From Dehalococcoidia bacterium (lineage in GTDB: Bacteria > Chloroflexota > Dehalococcoidia > GIF9 > UBA5629): a stretch of 64,000 nt of DNA. Under the pieces are notes generated by a model, which saw only the letters and a list, made by a program, of their open reading frames with translations, made no database searches and was not told the DNA's origin. Positions 27,417-37,548 of this stretch are shown here, in pieces. The stretch's first letter is position 1; every line of letters begins with the position of its first letter. Made by a program: the position numbers and the translations under genes. The stretch lies in NCBI GenBank assembly GCA_034429715.1, contig DAOUFR010000013.1, positions 56,095 to 120,094 of the forward strand, read 5' to 3'.

Positions 27417-28576
27417 TGATAGCCGGCGATCCCCTGCTGCTGCCGAATCTGCTCATCGTGCTATGCATGCTCATCATGCTCACCATAGCCGGCATAAATA
27501 TGCGTACGCTGCGCAATTTGAAAGATTATAAAAACCTTGAAGTCCGGCGGCGTATCTCGGTACTAATCCCGGCCAGGAACGAGGAGGAAAACATCGGCGC
27601 CTGCGTCAGGTCATTGCTGGGGCAGGATTATCCCGATTTCCAGGTCATAGTGCTGAATGACGGCTCTACGGACGACACCGGCAAGATACTTGCGCAACTG
27701 GCAAAGGCGGACAGCCGTCTCAAGGTTATCAGCGGCCAACCGCTGCCTCCAGAATGGATTGGCAAGCACTGGGCCTGCCATCAGCTATATCGCGCGTCCG
27801 ACGGCGAACTGCTCCTGTTCACCGATGCGGATACAGTCCACGCGCCCGACACACTTAGATGCTCGGCGGCAGCCCTCGATGCGGAAGAAGCCGATATGCT
27901 TTCAATCATACCCAGGCACAAGCTGGGCAGCCTGGCCGAGAAGCTGATAATGCCGTTTTTTGCGCTGGGCGTTTTTGGCAGCAGGCCACTGCCAGCCCGC
28001 TTGAGGCCCCGCAGCATCACAGTTTTATCCGCCAGCGGAAAGCTGATGCTCTTTACCCGCGGTTCCTACGAAGCGATAGGGGGATTCGAAGGTATCCGTC
28101 AGTTCGTGCTGGACGATTTACAACTGGCAGAAAAAATAATAGCTTCCGGCATGCGTTATCGGCTTTTCGACGGCACCGACAATGTTTCCTGCCGTATGTA
28201 TCATAACTGGACGGAATTGCATGAAGGCCTCGCCAAGAACAGCTTCCCGGCCTGCGGGTATAATGTGCCGCTCTCCTTTATCACCTGGCTGTGGATCAAT
28301 TTCGCATTCTGGGCGCCGGTCATAGAACTGGGCGTGCACAAGATGCCGAACTATCCCCCCGTATTGTCGCTGGGGCTGGCAGCCATATCGATAATAGCAT
28401 CACTGCTGCTGTTTACCGGTTATTACCTGCGCTTCAAGCTGCCGCTTTACATGGTGCCGTTTTATCCGGTCAGCGCGTCGTTGATCACGGCAATTTCATT
28501 CTCGTCCATGTACCTCACGCTCTCCGGCCGGGCTACCTGGAAGGACCGCAAATTACCGAAAAGTAAGCTACCCTGA
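27416..28576 (+). CDS. membrane-embedded family-2 glycosyltransferase
   Basis: GT2 motifs VLIPARNEE, DGSTDDT and a DAD/DxD. N- and C-terminal TM segments. Tandem paralog of the next gene. Confidence 0.75.
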   Translation: MIAGDPLLLPNLLIVLCMLIMLTIAGINMRTLRNLKDYKNLEVRRRISVLIPARNEEENIGACVRSLLGQDYPDFQVIVLNDGSTDDTGKILAQLAKADSRLKVISGQPLPPEWIGKHWACHQLYRASDGELLLFTDADTVHAPDTLRCSAAALDAEEADMLSIIPRHKLGSLAEKLIMPFFALGVFGSRPLPARLRPRSITVLSASGKLMLFTRGSYEAIGGFEGIRQFVLDDLQLAEKIIASGMRYRLFDGTDNVSCRMYHNWTELHEGLAKNSFPACGYNVPLSFITWLWINFAFWAPVIELGVHKMPNYPPVLSLGLAAISIIASLLLFTGYYLRFKLPLYMVPFYPVSASLITAISFSSMYLTLSGRATWKDRKLPKSKLP

Positions 28577-28630
28577 TAGATCCCCGCTTAGAGAAAATAC
28601 AGACGCCTGAAACTTATGATATAGGACAGA

Positions 28631-29800
28631 GTGCCTCAAATACTATTTTTCGAAATCCTGTTCTACGTACAGTCCGCTATAGTGGTCAGCCTGGTGGTAC
28701 TGCTGACAGTATCGCTATTCAATATGCGGTACTTGCGGCACCTTTACAGCTACCCGGCGCCCCCCGCCTGGCCGCGCTGCTCGGTGCTGGTCCCTGCCCG
28801 TAATGAGGAGGCCAATATCGGAAGATGCGCCGGCAGCCTGCTGGACCAGGATTACCCCGATTTCCAGGTCATAGTGCTGGACGATAACTCCACCGACCGC
28901 ACCTGGCAGATACTGCAGGAGCTTGCCGCTAAGGATACAAGGCTTGCCCTGATAAAGGGTAAACCGTTGCCAGACGACTGGCTGGGCAAGCACTGGGCCT
29001 GCTCGCAGCTTGCCGAGGCCGCAGACGGCGAACTGCTGGTTTTTGTCGACGCGGATACCTACCACGAGCCGGGCATGCTGCGCGGCGCAGCCTCTGCCAT
29101 GATAGCCGAGAACACGTGCCTGATCTCGGCGCTGCCGCGGCAGATCGTTGTCTCATGGTCCGAGCTGCTGAGCATACCGGCTTTTTACCTGGGCATGCTG
29201 TGCGGAGTGCCGCTGGAGCTGACCCGCCTTCAGCGTAACCCGCTGCTATTCGCCATACTCGGGCAGTTCCTGATCTTTCGCAGGGACGCTTACGATGCAG
29301 CCGGGGGCTATGCGGCGGTCAGGCACAATGTTGTCGACGATATAGCCATCGGCAGGCGGGTGCATGCCATGGGACTCAAATACAAACTGCTGGACGGAGG
29401 CGGCCTGGCCTCCTGCAGGATGTACCGCAATTTCGACCAGACCTGGAAGGGGTTGACTAAAAGCACTTTCGCCACCTTCAATTTCGATCCCTTTTTCCTG
29501 ATACTGATGTATACGCTGGTGCTGATCTTCTATGTCAGCCCGCCGATTGTTCTGGGAATAGGTCTGTCCCAGCCGCAAATCCCGCTGGAGATAACGGCCA
29601 TGGCCGGCATTGCCGTCGTTCTCAACCTGGTGCTCTGGACGGTCAGCAATATACGTTTCCATTTCCCCCTATATGTCGTGCTATTCTACCCTTTCAGCGC
29701 TATTTTCATGACGGTGGTAGCCTTCGCTTCCATGATTCTGACCATGCAGGGCAAGGCGCTGTGGAAGGGCCGCATCATGCCCAAGTTCGTAAAGCTCTGA
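28631..29800 (+). CDS. membrane-embedded family-2 glycosyltransferase (tandem paralog)
   Basis: Same GT2 motifs (VLVPARNEE, DDNSTDRT, FVDADT) and the same TM topology as 27416-28576. Confidence 0.75.
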   Translation: MPQILFFEILFYVQSAIVVSLVVLLTVSLFNMRYLRHLYSYPAPPAWPRCSVLVPARNEEANIGRCAGSLLDQDYPDFQVIVLDDNSTDRTWQILQELAAKDTRLALIKGKPLPDDWLGKHWACSQLAEAADGELLVFVDADTYHEPGMLRGAASAMIAENTCLISALPRQIVVSWSELLSIPAFYLGMLCGVPLELTRLQRNPLLFAILGQFLIFRRDAYDAAGGYAAVRHNVVDDIAIGRRVHAMGLKYKLLDGGGLASCRMYRNFDQTWKGLTKSTFATFNFDPFFLILMYTLVLIFYVSPPIVLGIGLSQPQIPLEITAMAGIAVVLNLVLWTVSNIRFHFPLYVVLFYPFSAIFMTVVAFASMILTMQGKALWKGRIMPKFVKL

Positions 29801-29895
29801 ATCAGTATCCACCATTCTATTCCCTCCGGCACGTGCGCCTGTCGCTGCACGGCTGACTTCCTGCCGTCCCCGGCAATGCTATAATTCAGTCTGCG

Positions 29896-31224
29896 ATGGA
29901 CTATAACGCCGCGGTCGCCTATCTCGCGGGACTCACGGATTACGAAGTATCGCCTGCCGCAGCCTACAACGCCGCCAATTTCGACCTGCGCAGGGTTGAG
30001 ATATTGCTGCGCAAGCTGGGCCTGCCCCAGAGGGGGAGGAAGACGGTACACATAGCGGGCACCAAAGGCAAGGGCAGCACGGCGGCTATGCTGTCCTCTA
30101 TCCTGACCTCCGCAGGCTACCGCACCGGCCTTTTCACATCGCCGCACCTGTATACATGGCAGGAAAGAATCGTCGTTGACGGCCGCCCGATAACAAAAAA
30201 GGATTTCGCCCGCCTGGTGGGCGCCGTTCAAAAGCACGTGCAGAAAATCAATGGGGAAGGCCGATTTGGAAAAATCACGACGTTTGAAGCACTGACCGCC
30301 GTGGCATTCCTCTATTTCAGAGACAGGGGCGCAGACTTCCAGGTGCTGGAGACAGGGATGGGAGGCAGGCTGGATGCCACCAACGTCGCCGAGCCGGACG
30401 TGTGCATTCTGACCTCCATCAGCTTCGACCATACCGGGGTGTTGGGCGATACCCTGTCCAAGATCGCCGGCGAAAAAGCGGGGATAATCAAGTCCGGCTG
30501 CACAGTGATCAGCGCCCCTCAGAAACCGGAAGCTCTGGCGGTGATCAAACAAAAATGCAGACAATTCAATTTAGAGCTGGTCCTGGCGGGAAAAGATATA
30601 TCCTGGAAACGCCTGGGCGGAAATTTGAACGGCCAGTCTTTTACCGTCCGATGCCTGAGCGGCAGTTATATGCTGCGAATACCTCTGCTGGGCGATCATC
30701 AGATGGAAAATGCCGGCCTGGCCGTGGCTGCCGCAGAGGCCCTGCGGCAGCGCGGAGCGAAGATCACTCGGGATCATATCGCATCGGGGCTAAAAAGCGT
30801 GCACTGGCCGGCTCGCCTGCAGATACTGAAAAGGGCTCCCCTGCTCGTGATAGACGGAGCACACAATGCCCACTCGATGAACGCTCTTCTCGAATCAGTA
30901 AAAAGGTATTTACCCCATAAAAAACTTATTGTGATATTCGGCTCGTCCGGCGATAAAGATATCGAAGGCATGGCAAAAGCGCTGGCGGGGCCGGCATCGA
31001 AGGTAATCATCACCAGCTCGGGCCATCCCAGGGCCGCCGCCGCGTCGCAACTGGCCGGCATTTTCGGGCGGCAGGGCGTGACGGCGGACATCAGGCGTAA
31101 TGCTAAAGAAGCGCTGTCGGCAGCTTTGTCCACCTCCTCAAACGACGACCTCATACTGGCAACCGGATCGCTATTTCTGGCAGCGGATGTCGCAAGAGCC
31201 TTTAAGGATGGTAATTTTAGATAA
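29896..31224 (+). CDS. folC: bifunctional folylpolyglutamate synthase / dihydrofolate synthase
   Basis: Mur-ligase P-loop HIAGTKGKGST and FolC central and C-terminal domains. Confidence 0.85.
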   Translation: MDYNAAVAYLAGLTDYEVSPAAAYNAANFDLRRVEILLRKLGLPQRGRKTVHIAGTKGKGSTAAMLSSILTSAGYRTGLFTSPHLYTWQERIVVDGRPITKKDFARLVGAVQKHVQKINGEGRFGKITTFEALTAVAFLYFRDRGADFQVLETGMGGRLDATNVAEPDVCILTSISFDHTGVLGDTLSKIAGEKAGIIKSGCTVISAPQKPEALAVIKQKCRQFNLELVLAGKDISWKRLGGNLNGQSFTVRCLSGSYMLRIPLLGDHQMENAGLAVAAAEALRQRGAKITRDHIASGLKSVHWPARLQILKRAPLLVIDGAHNAHSMNALLESVKRYLPHKKLIVIFGSSGDKDIEGMAKALAGPASKVIITSSGHPRAAAASQLAGIFGRQGVTADIRRNAKEALSAALSTSSNDDLILATGSLFLAADVARAFKDGNFR

Positions 31225-31269
31225 ATTGACCCTGCACCGTATCACGGCGCCCGGGAATAATGTCGCTAA

Positions 31270-31524
31270 TTAAGCCTTTTGAGAGGTTTCGGCCGCTACG
31301 GGAAGCATCCTTTCGAGCAGGCGCTGCAACGTCATGATGTGAACACACTGGCCCCACTGAGAGAAGAAATGGCAGTTGCAGTTCCAATTACCATCGCTGA
31401 ATGACAGGACATGGCTGTCATTTTCGCCGCGGAAATCGGCTGAGAAATTGTGGATGGTTACTCGCTCGGGCTCCTCTGCATAGCGTTTGGCTTTTTCGAT
31501 CTTGCCGGCGAGACTGGGTTGCAT
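31270..31524 (-). CDS. small SWIM zinc-finger-like protein
   Basis: CNCHFFSQWGQCVH fits the SWIM C-x-C-x(n)-C-x-H pattern. Confidence 0.45.
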   Translation of the reverse strand: MQPSLAGKIEKAKRYAEEPERVTIHNFSADFRGENDSHVLSFSDGNWNCNCHFFSQWGQCVHIMTLQRLLERMLPVAAETSQKA

Positions 31525-31689
31525 CGGTTACCTCCGCCAAAAGTATATAACGGCCGGTATTAAAAGTCTATCTTAATATAATAGTCGTTATGTCAACAAA
31601 TTGCGTCTCCGCTGACATTCAGCCAGGGCTCCGCCTTGTTTACACCCTATCTAAGGTTATCTGCTAAAATTGAATATCCAAGATAGACT

Positions 31690-33048
31690 ATGCAGGACAA
31701 ATTGTTTTCCGTTATCCGCAAGCTCAAAGCTGATTACGTCGAGGTCCGCCTTGATGAGAGCCAATCGAGCCGTCTGGTCTTCCGGGGCGAGCGCCTGGAA
31801 GAGGCGGGCAGGACGGCCGGCGCGGGCGGATGCGTGCGCGCGCTGGTGAAAGGAGGATGGGGCTTTGCCAGCTTTAACAGTCCGGGCAGGATGGAGGAGA
31901 GCGCTGCCCTGGCGGTGGAGCAGGCTGCCCGTGTGGGAAAAGGAAAGAGCGAGTTCAGCCCCGCCCGGGCCGTCGTCGATAAGGTTGACGCCGAGTATAA
32001 GAAGAATCCTCTGGCAGTCCCCCTCTCGGCCAAGAAGTCCCTGCTGGATGAGTATAACCGCATCATGCTTGAAACACCGGACATCCAGACTACCAGCATC
32101 GGTTACGGTGATATCAGAAAAAAGGTAATTTTCGCCAGCTCCGACGGCTCTTATATCGAGCAAAGCCGCATAGACTTGAACCTGCGCCTGTCGGCCATCG
32201 CCAGCCGCAACGGCGACGTCCAGCAGGTCGGCCTGAGTATAGGCAGCAAGGGTGATTTCTCAACCGTGGAAGGCCTGCAAGAGAAGGTGCGGGGCATCGC
32301 CCGGCGGGCCGCAGCCATGCTCTCCGCTCCCGAGGTCAAAGGGGGAACCTACACCGTGGTCCTTGACCCGGTGCTGGCGGGCGTATTCGTTCATGAGGCA
32401 TTCGGCCATCTCTCAGAAGCAGATCATATCTATGAGAATCCCCAGATGCGGGAGATAATGGTTCTGGGACGCAGGTTCGGCGGACAACATCTCAATATCG
32501 TGGACGGCGCGGCCTTGCCGGGCCTGCGCGGCAGCTACAGGTATGACGACGAAGGGACGCCGGCCGGCAAGACTTATTTGATCAAAGAAGGGGTGCTCAA
32601 CAGCCGGCTTCATTCCCGTGAGACGGCCGCCAAAATGGGGGAGAAACCCACCGGCAACGCACGGGCTATTAATTATGCTTATCCACCCATAGTGCGTATG
32701 ACCAATACCTATATCGAGCCGGGATCCACCACGTTCGACGAGATGATTGGCGGGATCAAGGAGGGCGTTTACGCCAGGGACTGGTACGGCGGCACAACCA
32801 GCCTCGAGATGTTCACTTTCTCTGCCGGTGAAGCCTACATGATCAGGGATGGTAAGATCGCTGAGATGATCAGACCGGTGGTCCTGAGCGGCAACGTCTT
32901 CACAACGCTGCACAATATAGATGCGATCGGCAACGACCTTGATATGAACCAGGGCGGCGGCTGCGGAAAAGCCGGCCAATCGCCGCTGCCCGTCTCCAAC
33001 GGCAGCCCTCACATAAGAATTCAGAACTGCCTGGTGGGGGGCAAATAA
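31690..33048 (+). CDS. tldD: metalloprotease TldD
   Basis: TldD/PmbA-family fold with the conserved HExxxH-like region (HEAFGHLSEADH) and a Gly-rich C-terminus. Confidence 0.85.
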   Translation: MQDKLFSVIRKLKADYVEVRLDESQSSRLVFRGERLEEAGRTAGAGGCVRALVKGGWGFASFNSPGRMEESAALAVEQAARVGKGKSEFSPARAVVDKVDAEYKKNPLAVPLSAKKSLLDEYNRIMLETPDIQTTSIGYGDIRKKVIFASSDGSYIEQSRIDLNLRLSAIASRNGDVQQVGLSIGSKGDFSTVEGLQEKVRGIARRAAAMLSAPEVKGGTYTVVLDPVLAGVFVHEAFGHLSEADHIYENPQMREIMVLGRRFGGQHLNIVDGAALPGLRGSYRYDDEGTPAGKTYLIKEGVLNSRLHSRETAAKMGEKPTGNARAINYAYPPIVRMTNTYIEPGSTTFDEMIGGIKEGVYARDWYGGTTSLEMFTFSAGEAYMIRDGKIAEMIRPVVLSGNVFTTLHNIDAIGNDLDMNQGGGCGKAGQSPLPVSNGSPHIRIQNCLVGGK

Positions 33049-33049
33049 A

Positions 33050-34348
33050 ATGGAAGAGATACTTGAGATCGCCCGCAGGTCTGCAGACAGCGCCGAGGTC
33101 TGCCGCGTAACATCCATCAGGACTCCGGTCCAGTTCGAGGCCAACCGCCTCAAGCAGATCCAGACCAAGGAATCGGTCTCCGTCGCCCTTCGCCTGATCA
33201 AGAACGGTAAAATGGGCTTCGCCCAGGCCAGCGGTGATATCGCTCCCGCCGACCTGGTTGACATGGCACTCGAGACCAGCCAGTTCGGCTACCCGGTGGA
33301 CTTCGACTTCCCCGTACTCGGGCCTTTTGAAGAAGTCGCCGTCTACGATCCGCAGGTCGAACGTGTCGGAATCAATAGTCTGATCAGCCTCGGCCAGGCC
33401 GTCGTCGACGCCGTGTGTGCCAATACGCCCGGTATACTCTGCGAGGGAAGTATATCGCGCGGTATGTCCACCTTCGAAATCGCTGTCAGCGGAGGCGGGC
33501 GCGCATCATGCAAGCGCAGCAATTTCAGTATCAGCATGGACGGTATGCTGGTCAGGGACGGGGACATTCTGTATGTCGGCGACATACGCAGCTCCTGCCG
33601 TCCCATCACCGACCCTGAGCCGGTTGCGGGCGAGATCATCAGGCAGCTCGACCTGGCCAGGAACAATGCTTCCATCAAGTCGGGCGGCATGCCGGTGATT
33701 TTCACGCCTTTCGGCGTGGCAGGCTCGCTTCTGGCCCCGCTCATATCCGCCTTTAACGGCAAGACCGTGCTGGACGGCGCCTCGCCCATCAAAGATAAAA
33801 AGGGCGCGGTTATATTCGACAGCAGACTATGCTTATCTGATGATCCCACCATACCCTACCAGCCGGGAAGCACACCTTTCGATGACGAGGGGATGCCGGC
33901 AAGGCGCAACGCTCTGATAGACCACGGGAAGGTGGTCCAATTCTATTATGACCTGCATACGGCGGCGCTGGCCGGATCATCGAGCACGGGCAATGGCGGC
34001 CGCAACGGTGGAATGCCCGCCCCGGCGGTCCACGCGCTGGTGATCGAAGGCGGTAAGATATCCCTGGCTGATATGGTCAAAGATATGAAAGAAGGTCTGA
34101 TCATCGAGCAGATGATGGGCGCCGAACAGGGAAACATACTCAACGGGGATTTCAGCGGCAATGTGCTGCTGGGTTACAAGGTTGAGGAAGGGGAAATCAC
34201 CGGCAGGGTCAAGGACACCATGGTCTCCGGCAACGTATATCAGCTATTGAAAGAGGTCCTGGCCATGGGCAGCGACAGCCGCTGGATAGCCGGCTACGTG
34301 AATACACCAAGCATCTACTGCCCCTCTATCTCCGTTGCAGCGAAATAA
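33050..34348 (+). CDS. pmbA: TldE/PmbA-family protease partner
   Basis: TldD/PmbA family member lacking the metal-binding motif. Start is 2 nt after the tldD stop. Confidence 0.8.
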   Translation: MEEILEIARRSADSAEVCRVTSIRTPVQFEANRLKQIQTKESVSVALRLIKNGKMGFAQASGDIAPADLVDMALETSQFGYPVDFDFPVLGPFEEVAVYDPQVERVGINSLISLGQAVVDAVCANTPGILCEGSISRGMSTFEIAVSGGGRASCKRSNFSISMDGMLVRDGDILYVGDIRSSCRPITDPEPVAGEIIRQLDLARNNASIKSGGMPVIFTPFGVAGSLLAPLISAFNGKTVLDGASPIKDKKGAVIFDSRLCLSDDPTIPYQPGSTPFDDEGMPARRNALIDHGKVVQFYYDLHTAALAGSSSTGNGGRNGGMPAPAVHALVIEGGKISLADMVKDMKEGLIIEQMMGAEQGNILNGDFSGNVLLGYKVEEGEITGRVKDTMVSGNVYQLLKEVLAMGSDSRWIAGYVNTPSIYCPSISVAAK

Positions 34349-34353
34349 AAGAA

Positions 34354-35169
34354 ATGAAGAAACTGGTCAATTTTCGCAAGGAACCGCGGCCGCACGCCTG
34401 CGACATGGTGGCGGCATGGCCGGGCATCGGCAACCTGTCCCTTATCGTAACGCGCTACCTGAGGGAGAAGCTGGGCGCAGAGGAGATAGGGGAGATCGAG
34501 CCCTTCACCTTCTTCGACCCCATCGGCGTGATGGTTAAAGACAACATCGTCGAAACTCCGCAGTTCCCCGAAGGCAAGTTCTTCTACTGGCATAATGCAT
34601 CCGGCAAAAAGGACATCCTCTTTTTCATCAGCGACGAGCAGCCGGCCTACAAAGGTTACGACCTGGCAAACTTTATTCTCGATATAGCCAAGAAATTCAA
34701 GGTCCAGCGTATCTACACATTTGCAGCCGCCATCGCCAAGATCCACCATACTGAGCAGCCCAAGGTATGGGGCGTGGCCACCGACGCGTCGCTGGTCGCC
34801 TACCTCAAGAAGTTTGACGTCGTGCTGCGCGGCCGCCTTCAGATCGCCGGATTGAACGGCCTGCTGCTGGGGGTTGCCAGGGAGCGCTCCATGGAAGGCA
34901 TCTGCCTCCTGGGGGAGGTCCCCTCTTACACCACGCGAATACCCAATCCCAAGGCTTCGCTGGCCGTATTGAAGGTGCTGCTTCAGGTGCTGGAAGTCGA
35001 GATCGATCTCAGCGAGCTGGCCAAAATCGCCGAGGAGTCGGACCAGCAGATGAAACGGCTGGCTGCGCAGGCGATGGGTGAATATATAGACCGCTACACG
35101 CGTCCGGTATGGCCGCCCCCGGAGGACGAGGGCGAATTCGAGGACGAAGAGGAAGAGGAGGAGGAATGA
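34354..35169 (+). CDS. PAC2-family (proteasome-assembly-chaperone-2-like) protein with an acidic Glu-rich C-terminal tail
   Basis: PAC2/DUF75-like fold length and motifs. C-terminus EDEGEFEDEEEEEEE. Start is 6 nt after the tldE stop. Confidence 0.55.
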   Translation: MKKLVNFRKEPRPHACDMVAAWPGIGNLSLIVTRYLREKLGAEEIGEIEPFTFFDPIGVMVKDNIVETPQFPEGKFFYWHNASGKKDILFFISDEQPAYKGYDLANFILDIAKKFKVQRIYTFAAAIAKIHHTEQPKVWGVATDASLVAYLKKFDVVLRGRLQIAGLNGLLLGVARERSMEGICLLGEVPSYTTRIPNPKASLAVLKVLLQVLEVEIDLSELAKIAEESDQQMKRLAAQAMGEYIDRYTRPVWPPPEDEGEFEDEEEEEEE

Positions 35170-36098
35170 GTGAATCACAGCCACCGCTGAGTGAAATCAT
35201 CGCGAAAACACTGTATTCGAATGATGAGATCAGTCACTCCGACCTGGTCCGGCTATCTGATTTGAGTGATGACGACCTGTCGCAATATAAGAGGGCCTGG
35301 AACAGCGCCCACCTGGAAAGGCGCGCGCTGATCATATCTAAACTATGTAGCCTGGGCGAGGACGACGCCAGGCTGGATTTCACACGCATATTTAAGTTTT
35401 GCCTCGATGATGTCGATGCCGGTATACGTATCAAAGCGCTGGAGGGTCTGGAGCTGGAAGACAAATACAATTTCGCACTACCTGTAATCAAAACGCTCAA
35501 GATGGATGAGTCGCCGGAGGTAAAGGAAGCCGCCGCCCGGGTGATGGGCAAATTCGCACTCATGGCTGAGCTGGGGGAGCTTCCTTCGGCTGTGGGTGAC
35601 GATATATTCGATGCCCTGCTCGGCGTGCTGGAGAATCCTTCCGAACCCGATTCGTTGCGAAGGCGGGCGCTGGAGTCCATCTCACCCTTCCGGCAGGAAC
35701 TCGTGGCAAGCTACATTGAGGACTTTTACTTCAGCGAGAACCCGGCGCTCAAGACCAGCGCCATATTCGCCATGGGTCGCAACTGCGATCCCCGCTGGCT
35801 GGATTACCTGAATAAAGAGCTGCAGGATAGCAACGCACGGTTTCGATTCGAGGCGGCACGGGCCTGTGGCGAGATAGAAGAAGAGGATACCGTCCCCGGC
35901 CTTCTGAATTTATTAAACGACAACGATCACGAGGTGCAGGAAGCCGCCATCGCAGCCCTGGGCAAAATCGGCGGCCAAAAGGCCAGGGACGCCCTAAACA
36001 AATTGAAAACATCACCTGAAAACAGGATTAAAGAAGCGGCCATGTCCGCGCTGACAGAGCTTGAGATTTGCCAGGATCCACTATCTTCGAGTTCCTGA
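35166..36098 (+). CDS. HEAT/PBS-lyase repeat protein
   Basis: GGAGGA Shine-Dalgarno before the ATG at 35166, which overlaps the PAC2 stop. Repeated HEAT-like units (VRIKALEGL, VKEAAARVMG, EVQEAAIAALGKIG). Confidence 0.6.
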   Translation: MSESQPPLSEIIAKTLYSNDEISHSDLVRLSDLSDDDLSQYKRAWNSAHLERRALIISKLCSLGEDDARLDFTRIFKFCLDDVDAGIRIKALEGLELEDKYNFALPVIKTLKMDESPEVKEAAARVMGKFALMAELGELPSAVGDDIFDALLGVLENPSEPDSLRRRALESISPFRQELVASYIEDFYFSENPALKTSAIFAMGRNCDPRWLDYLNKELQDSNARFRFEAARACGEIEEEDTVPGLLNLLNDNDHEVQEAAIAALGKIGGQKARDALNKLKTSPENRIKEAAMSALTELEICQDPLSSSS

Positions 36099-36628
36099 AA
36101 CGGCAATCTGTGCTTGCAGGGGACAAAGTCCGGCTGCGTCCCCGCCGGCTGGATGACGCCGCAGCCGAGTACAGATGGCGTATGGATGAAGAGCTGTGCC
36201 GCTTGGACGCCACTGAACTACTCACATGTAGCTACGAAGAATTCCATTTGAAATACAGCGCTGAACTGGAGTTCCCCGGCCTGACCCACACCCTCGCCAT
36301 CGATACACTGGACCCCATCCATATAGGAAGCTGCAGCCTTTTCAATTTTAACCTGGCGGGAAACACGGCCGAAATTGGGATAATGTTGGGCGATAAGACG
36401 TACTGGGGGCGCGGTTACGGGGAAGACGCATTGAACACCTTTATGCTCGACATTTTCGAGGTCTCCGGCCTGCAGAGCCTGATCCTGCGTACGCTTGACT
36501 GGAACGTGCGCGCCCGGACCTGCTTCGAGAAATGCGGCTTCGTGCCACGCGGAGATATAGTGCGAGGGGAGCACCGTTTCGTAATCATGCAGGCGGAGCG
36601 GGGAGCGGTGCTGAACAAAGGTCAGTGA
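36068..36628 (+). CDS. GNAT-family N-acetyltransferase (RimJ/RimL-like)
   Basis: GNAT acetyl-CoA binding core (WGRGYGEDAL). The true start may be the GTG at 36110 or the ATG at 36179. Confidence 0.7.
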   Translation: MPGSTIFEFLKRQSVLAGDKVRLRPRRLDDAAAEYRWRMDEELCRLDATELLTCSYEEFHLKYSAELEFPGLTHTLAIDTLDPIHIGSCSLFNFNLAGNTAEIGIMLGDKTYWGRGYGEDALNTFMLDIFEVSGLQSLILRTLDWNVRARTCFEKCGFVPRGDIVRGEHRFVIMQAERGAVLNKGQ

Positions 36629-37548
36629 ACCGCTATGGGCGAGGCGTCTGTTATGATACGGCGCGACCGGCCCAGCTTGCGGCGCAGCCTCAGCGGCAGC
36701 GAGAAAAGCCCCCGGTGGGCGATCCCGTCATAAGAACGCAGCTTGCCGCTGACCCTGTCCGCCATCCTGCTGTTGATCTCCCTGGGCGACAGGCGCGCCG
36801 GATCGAGCAAGTCGGATGCTGTATGAAATCCCCACAGGTCGACAAAGGACGGCACATAGACCTGGTACGGGCGCACGATCTTGAAGATACTTTTTAAAGT
36901 GCCGTTGATGGCCACGAAATTATGCAGGTTGATCCAGCCGGACTGGCCGGACTGCACCACCATGATGCCTCCCGGCTTCAGTTTGTCCCTGACGAGCTTG
37001 TAGAATTCCTGCGTGTAAAGCATGCGGGCCGGGCCCTCCTCCACCGGGTCGGCCAGGTCGATCACAGCGACATCGAAACGTTCTCTTGTCTCGGCGATGT
37101 ATTTTCTGGCATCGTCGTGGAGGACGACCGCTCTTTTGTCATCGAATGAGCCCTGGTGAAAGGTCGGCAGGTACTTGCGGCACAGCCTGACCACCTCACC
37201 ATCGATATCCACCATCACCGCCCTGCTTACCGTCCTGTGTTTCAGCACATCGCGCAGGGTTGCCCCCTCGCCGCCGCCGGCTATAAATACCTTCTCAGGA
37301 TTGGGATGGGCCAGCATGGCCGGATGGACCAGGGATTCGTGATAGATGAACTCGTCTTTTTCACCGGATTGGATCTTTCCGTCCAGCACCAGGCAGATCC
37401 CGAAGGTATGGGTCTGGGATATCTGAGCATGCTGAAAGCGGGTTTTCCTGTCGTGCAGTACCCGCCGCACACCATGGATCTGCACCAGGTCGTCGGACAG
37501 CTCATCGATGAGCCACCTTTTGCTGTCGAAATAGTCCGGCCTGGCCAT
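36622..37548 (-). CDS. speE: polyamine aminopropyltransferase (spermidine synthase)
   Basis: Spermidine-synthase N-terminal tetramerisation domain and the Rossmann VFIAGGGEG (GGGDG-like) motif. Confidence 0.85.
   Translation of the reverse strand: MARPDYFDSKRWLIDELSDDLVQIHGVRRVLHDRKTRFQHAQISQTHTFGICLVLDGKIQSGEKDEFIYHESLVHPAMLAHPNPEKVFIAGGGEGATLRDVLKHRTVSRAVMVDIDGEVVRLCRKYLPTFHQGSFDDKRAVVLHDDARKYIAETRERFDVAVIDLADPVEEGPARMLYTQEFYKLVRDKLKPGGIMVVQSGQSGWINLHNFVAINGTLKSIFKIVRPYQVYVPSFVDLWGFHTASDLLDPARLSPREINSRMADRVSGKLRSYDGIAHRGLFSLPLRLRRKLGRSRRIITDASPIAVH

Noticed and set aside
36068-36170. Long 5' extension of the GNAT ORF overlapping the HEAT-repeat gene
   Set aside because: Probably not translated. 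Internal GTG (36110) or ATG (36179) starts give a canonical GNAT length of about 150-172 aa.
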